Both the position numbers and the translations under genes were made by a program. A DNA stretch of 64,000 nucleotides, taken from Squalus acanthias (lineage: Eukaryota). The DNA lies in contig CM059430.1 of NCBI GenBank assembly GCA_030390025.1, positions 62,496,001 to 62,560,000 of the forward strand, read 5' to 3'. Within the stretch, counting starts at the first letter, position 1. Each line of letters opens with the position of its first letter. Shown here in pieces: positions 61,601 to 64,000 of the stretch. A model generated the notes under the pieces. That model worked only from the letters and a program-made list of their open reading frames with translations. It was not told the DNA's origin and made no database searches.

Positions 61601-62352
61601 GGTCCAGAAATTCAGCTGTTGTCGGGTGAGTACTCACCGGTAAGGTCATCTGAAGTGCCGGTTTCCTGCATGCAGTGCGCATGCGCGCGAAACCGGAACT
61701 TCGGTTCCCCTGAAGGGAGGGGTTCAGAAGTTGAACGCGTGCGCGGGAGAAGCTGCGTGCACGCAGCGGACTTTAGTTTTTTTTTCCGGTTTCTCCGGGA
61801 AGGTAAGTATGAAGAAGCTGCGCTTTTAAAAGGAGGCACAAGGCCTGTTTTTAATCAGGTAAGTGGTTAATGAATTACAATTTAAAAGTTCTTTCAACAG
61901 GTTTATCTTTTTTAGATACTTTAAAGAAAGGTAAGTTTATTTTAGCACCGTTAAAAAGTATAATTAATTTTTTCAAAAATTAAAATTTTTGTTTAAAATA
62001 GTTAATTTATTTAACTTGTAGTTATTTTAAAAATGTGATGATTTTGATTAAATTTATTTGAAGTTTAAGTGTGGTTTTGGGGCCGATCTCTATTCATAGC
62101 TTTGACAGGTCATCCTGTCAAATCTATGAATGAAAATGCCCTGCTAGGATTGGCTTTCCATGGCCCACGTGATGCCAGAGGATGCTTCGAACTAACTGCG
62201 CCCCTGGGATACACAAGCACTGCGCGCCGGTAGCTGGAGGAGGCCCAGGACCCGAAGTTCTCGTGGTCCCAAAGCACAACTGCAGGCGCGGTCGGCAAGT
62301 ACACGCGCGATGCTTGCACCCGCAGGAAGCCGGAAAGCCGAATTTCTAGCCC
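61601..62352. mobile_element. Harbinger-like MITE
   Basis: TIRs GGTCCAGAAATTC / GAATTTCTAGCCC, with the same AT core and GC arms as the other copies. Confidence 0.75.
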
Positions 62353-62929
62353 ATGATTTAAAAGGTCATTGTGTGGGCGATCTATCAGTTCTGATGAAAT
62401 ATAAGCGATTAGCTGGGGTTTTTATCTTCTGGTTTTCGCTACACTGATGTACTGCTAAATATTTACAAGGGCGAATCGCTTATGCGAGCTAAGTAAAGGA
62501 AGCGGTTCAGTGGCTCAGCTCGAAGCACCAACACGTCTTGTTCTCAATTTAACTCTGTAATTGCAACATACTGTAAACATATCTAGTGCTGAAGAGCAGC
62601 AGTTATTTCACATCGCATGTTTCAGTATAACTATAACAACACTTAATGTTCACATTCAAAAGACATTCTACCTCACATTTGTCATTGTAACTTTCCTAAC
62701 CTCACTCTCGGTACCGATGGGAAGGGGTAAGCCCTTCGCCCTAAGGCTTTGGTCTCACTTTTATTGGTTCCATTTTCATATATTTCTCTAAGTGTTTTCC
62801 TGTACATTTTCTGCCTTTTATTATTTCATCCATACACAAATTTCAGTAGTTAAATTGTTTAAATCTCTGAAACGCACTACAATTTCTTTATGTCCTACAA
62901 TACTGTAACATTGATCACATGATGCCATT

Positions 62930-64000
62930 GTTGTAAATGTACTGGAACAGCTTGGCTAGAGGCGCGGCTATTTCTGGAACAGAAGTCCTGAGCACTTCAG
63001 GCGGAATGTTGCAGTGGCCCATAGCGTTTGCTGCATCCTGTTCCCTCAGCCTATACTTGATATCACGTGGAGGTATTGGATTTTGGCTGAAGACTGATAT
63101 CTGTGACGGTGGAACCTCAGGAGGAGGCCGCGGTGGATCATCCACTCGGCACTTCTGGCTGAAGATGGTTGCAAACGCTTCAGCCTTTTCTTTTGCACTT
63201 GCGTGCGTGGCTCCGCCATCGTTGAGGATGTTCATGGAGCCTCCTCCTCCTCCCGTTAGTTGTTGAATTGTCCACCACCATTCAGGACTGGATGCGGCAG
63301 GACTGCAGATCTTTGATCTGATCCATTGGTTGTGGCATTGCTTAGCTCTGTCTGTATCATGCTGCTTCCGCTGTTTAGACAATTATAACTTCATCAGGTT
63401 GTCACCTCATTTTTAAGCACGCCTGGTGCTTCATCCTGGTGCAAGCCTGCACTATCTTTTGAGTCAGGGAGAGTCGTCTGGCTTGATGGTAATATTAGAG
63501 TGAGGGAACTGCCAGACAATGAGGCTGAAGATTGTGGTGGAAACCAATTCTGCTGCTGCTGATGTCCCACCGCACCTTATGGATGCATAGTTTCGAGCTG
63601 GTAAATCTGTTCTGATCTAATCTGATCTGATTTAGCACAACAAGTGCCTCAGTATTAAGGCGGGATTTTGTTTGTCACTCCTACCAATGCCATGGTCATG
63701 TTTTTCAAGTTTTACTTGGTCAGTAGGATTTTACCTCGTGTTTGTTGTATCACCACCTGCCACAATCTCAGTCAGACAGGTCGGTGAGTAGTGGATTCTA
63801 CCCAGCCACCCTTGGTCACTGAATTCCCCCAGCAGTACATTCTGTGCCTTCAGTATTTATTCCAAGTCGTGTTAAACATTCATCCACTGAGGGCGGTAAT
63901 CAGCAAGCGGTTTCCATGCCAAGCAGATTCAATGTTGAGGTCTTCCATGGCCGCTCACTCCCGCTGTTGGGTTTGTCCTGCTAGTGGGATGTTGGCTGAT
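62930..64000 (-). mobile_element. Internally deleted LINE (second family), runs off the window
   Basis: ORF 62915..63382; it shares deletion junctions with 23800-24900. Confidence 0.82.

Overview
This is repeat-dense vertebrate genomic DNA, most likely from a cartilaginous fish; this is inferred from shark-type CR1 LINEs, a Deu-domain tRNA SINE and Penelope remnants. Most ORF-track hits are transposon debris. The host content is two paralogous, intron-containing Ig-superfamily receptor genes arranged head-to-head in an old inverted segmental duplication: gene A on the minus strand (~11899 to 611) and gene B on the plus strand (47012 to 60469). Each has a leader exon, one germline-joined V+J-like exon (G-x-G-T-x-x-L-x-V), one C1-set exon, a TM exon with no charged residue, and three cytoplasmic exons. 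The tail carries alternating ITIM/ITSM-like tyrosine motifs (VHYAAL, TAYAQ/TVYAH, LTYATL/LTYAAI, EYAQL), the layout of the SIRP-alpha tail. Gene A is a clear pseudogene with a tandemly duplicated ITIM-exon module. Gene B has a broken C1 exon and a lost splice donor, but its remaining exons splice in frame into a 237-aa V-TM-ITIM receptor. The window also holds two distinct degraded env-bearing LTR retroelements that may be class III/lokiretrovirus-like (one with tandem RNase H domains, one with a tRNA-Leu PBS and paired LTRs). Other elements are a putative solo LTR, a Harbinger-type MITE family, a LINE with a tRNA-like 5' head, a Penelope element with a mutated hammerhead motif, a local foldback duplication, and a 30-bp minisatellite that expanded in frame inside a CR1 ORF1. 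All calls were made by eye, without database searches.
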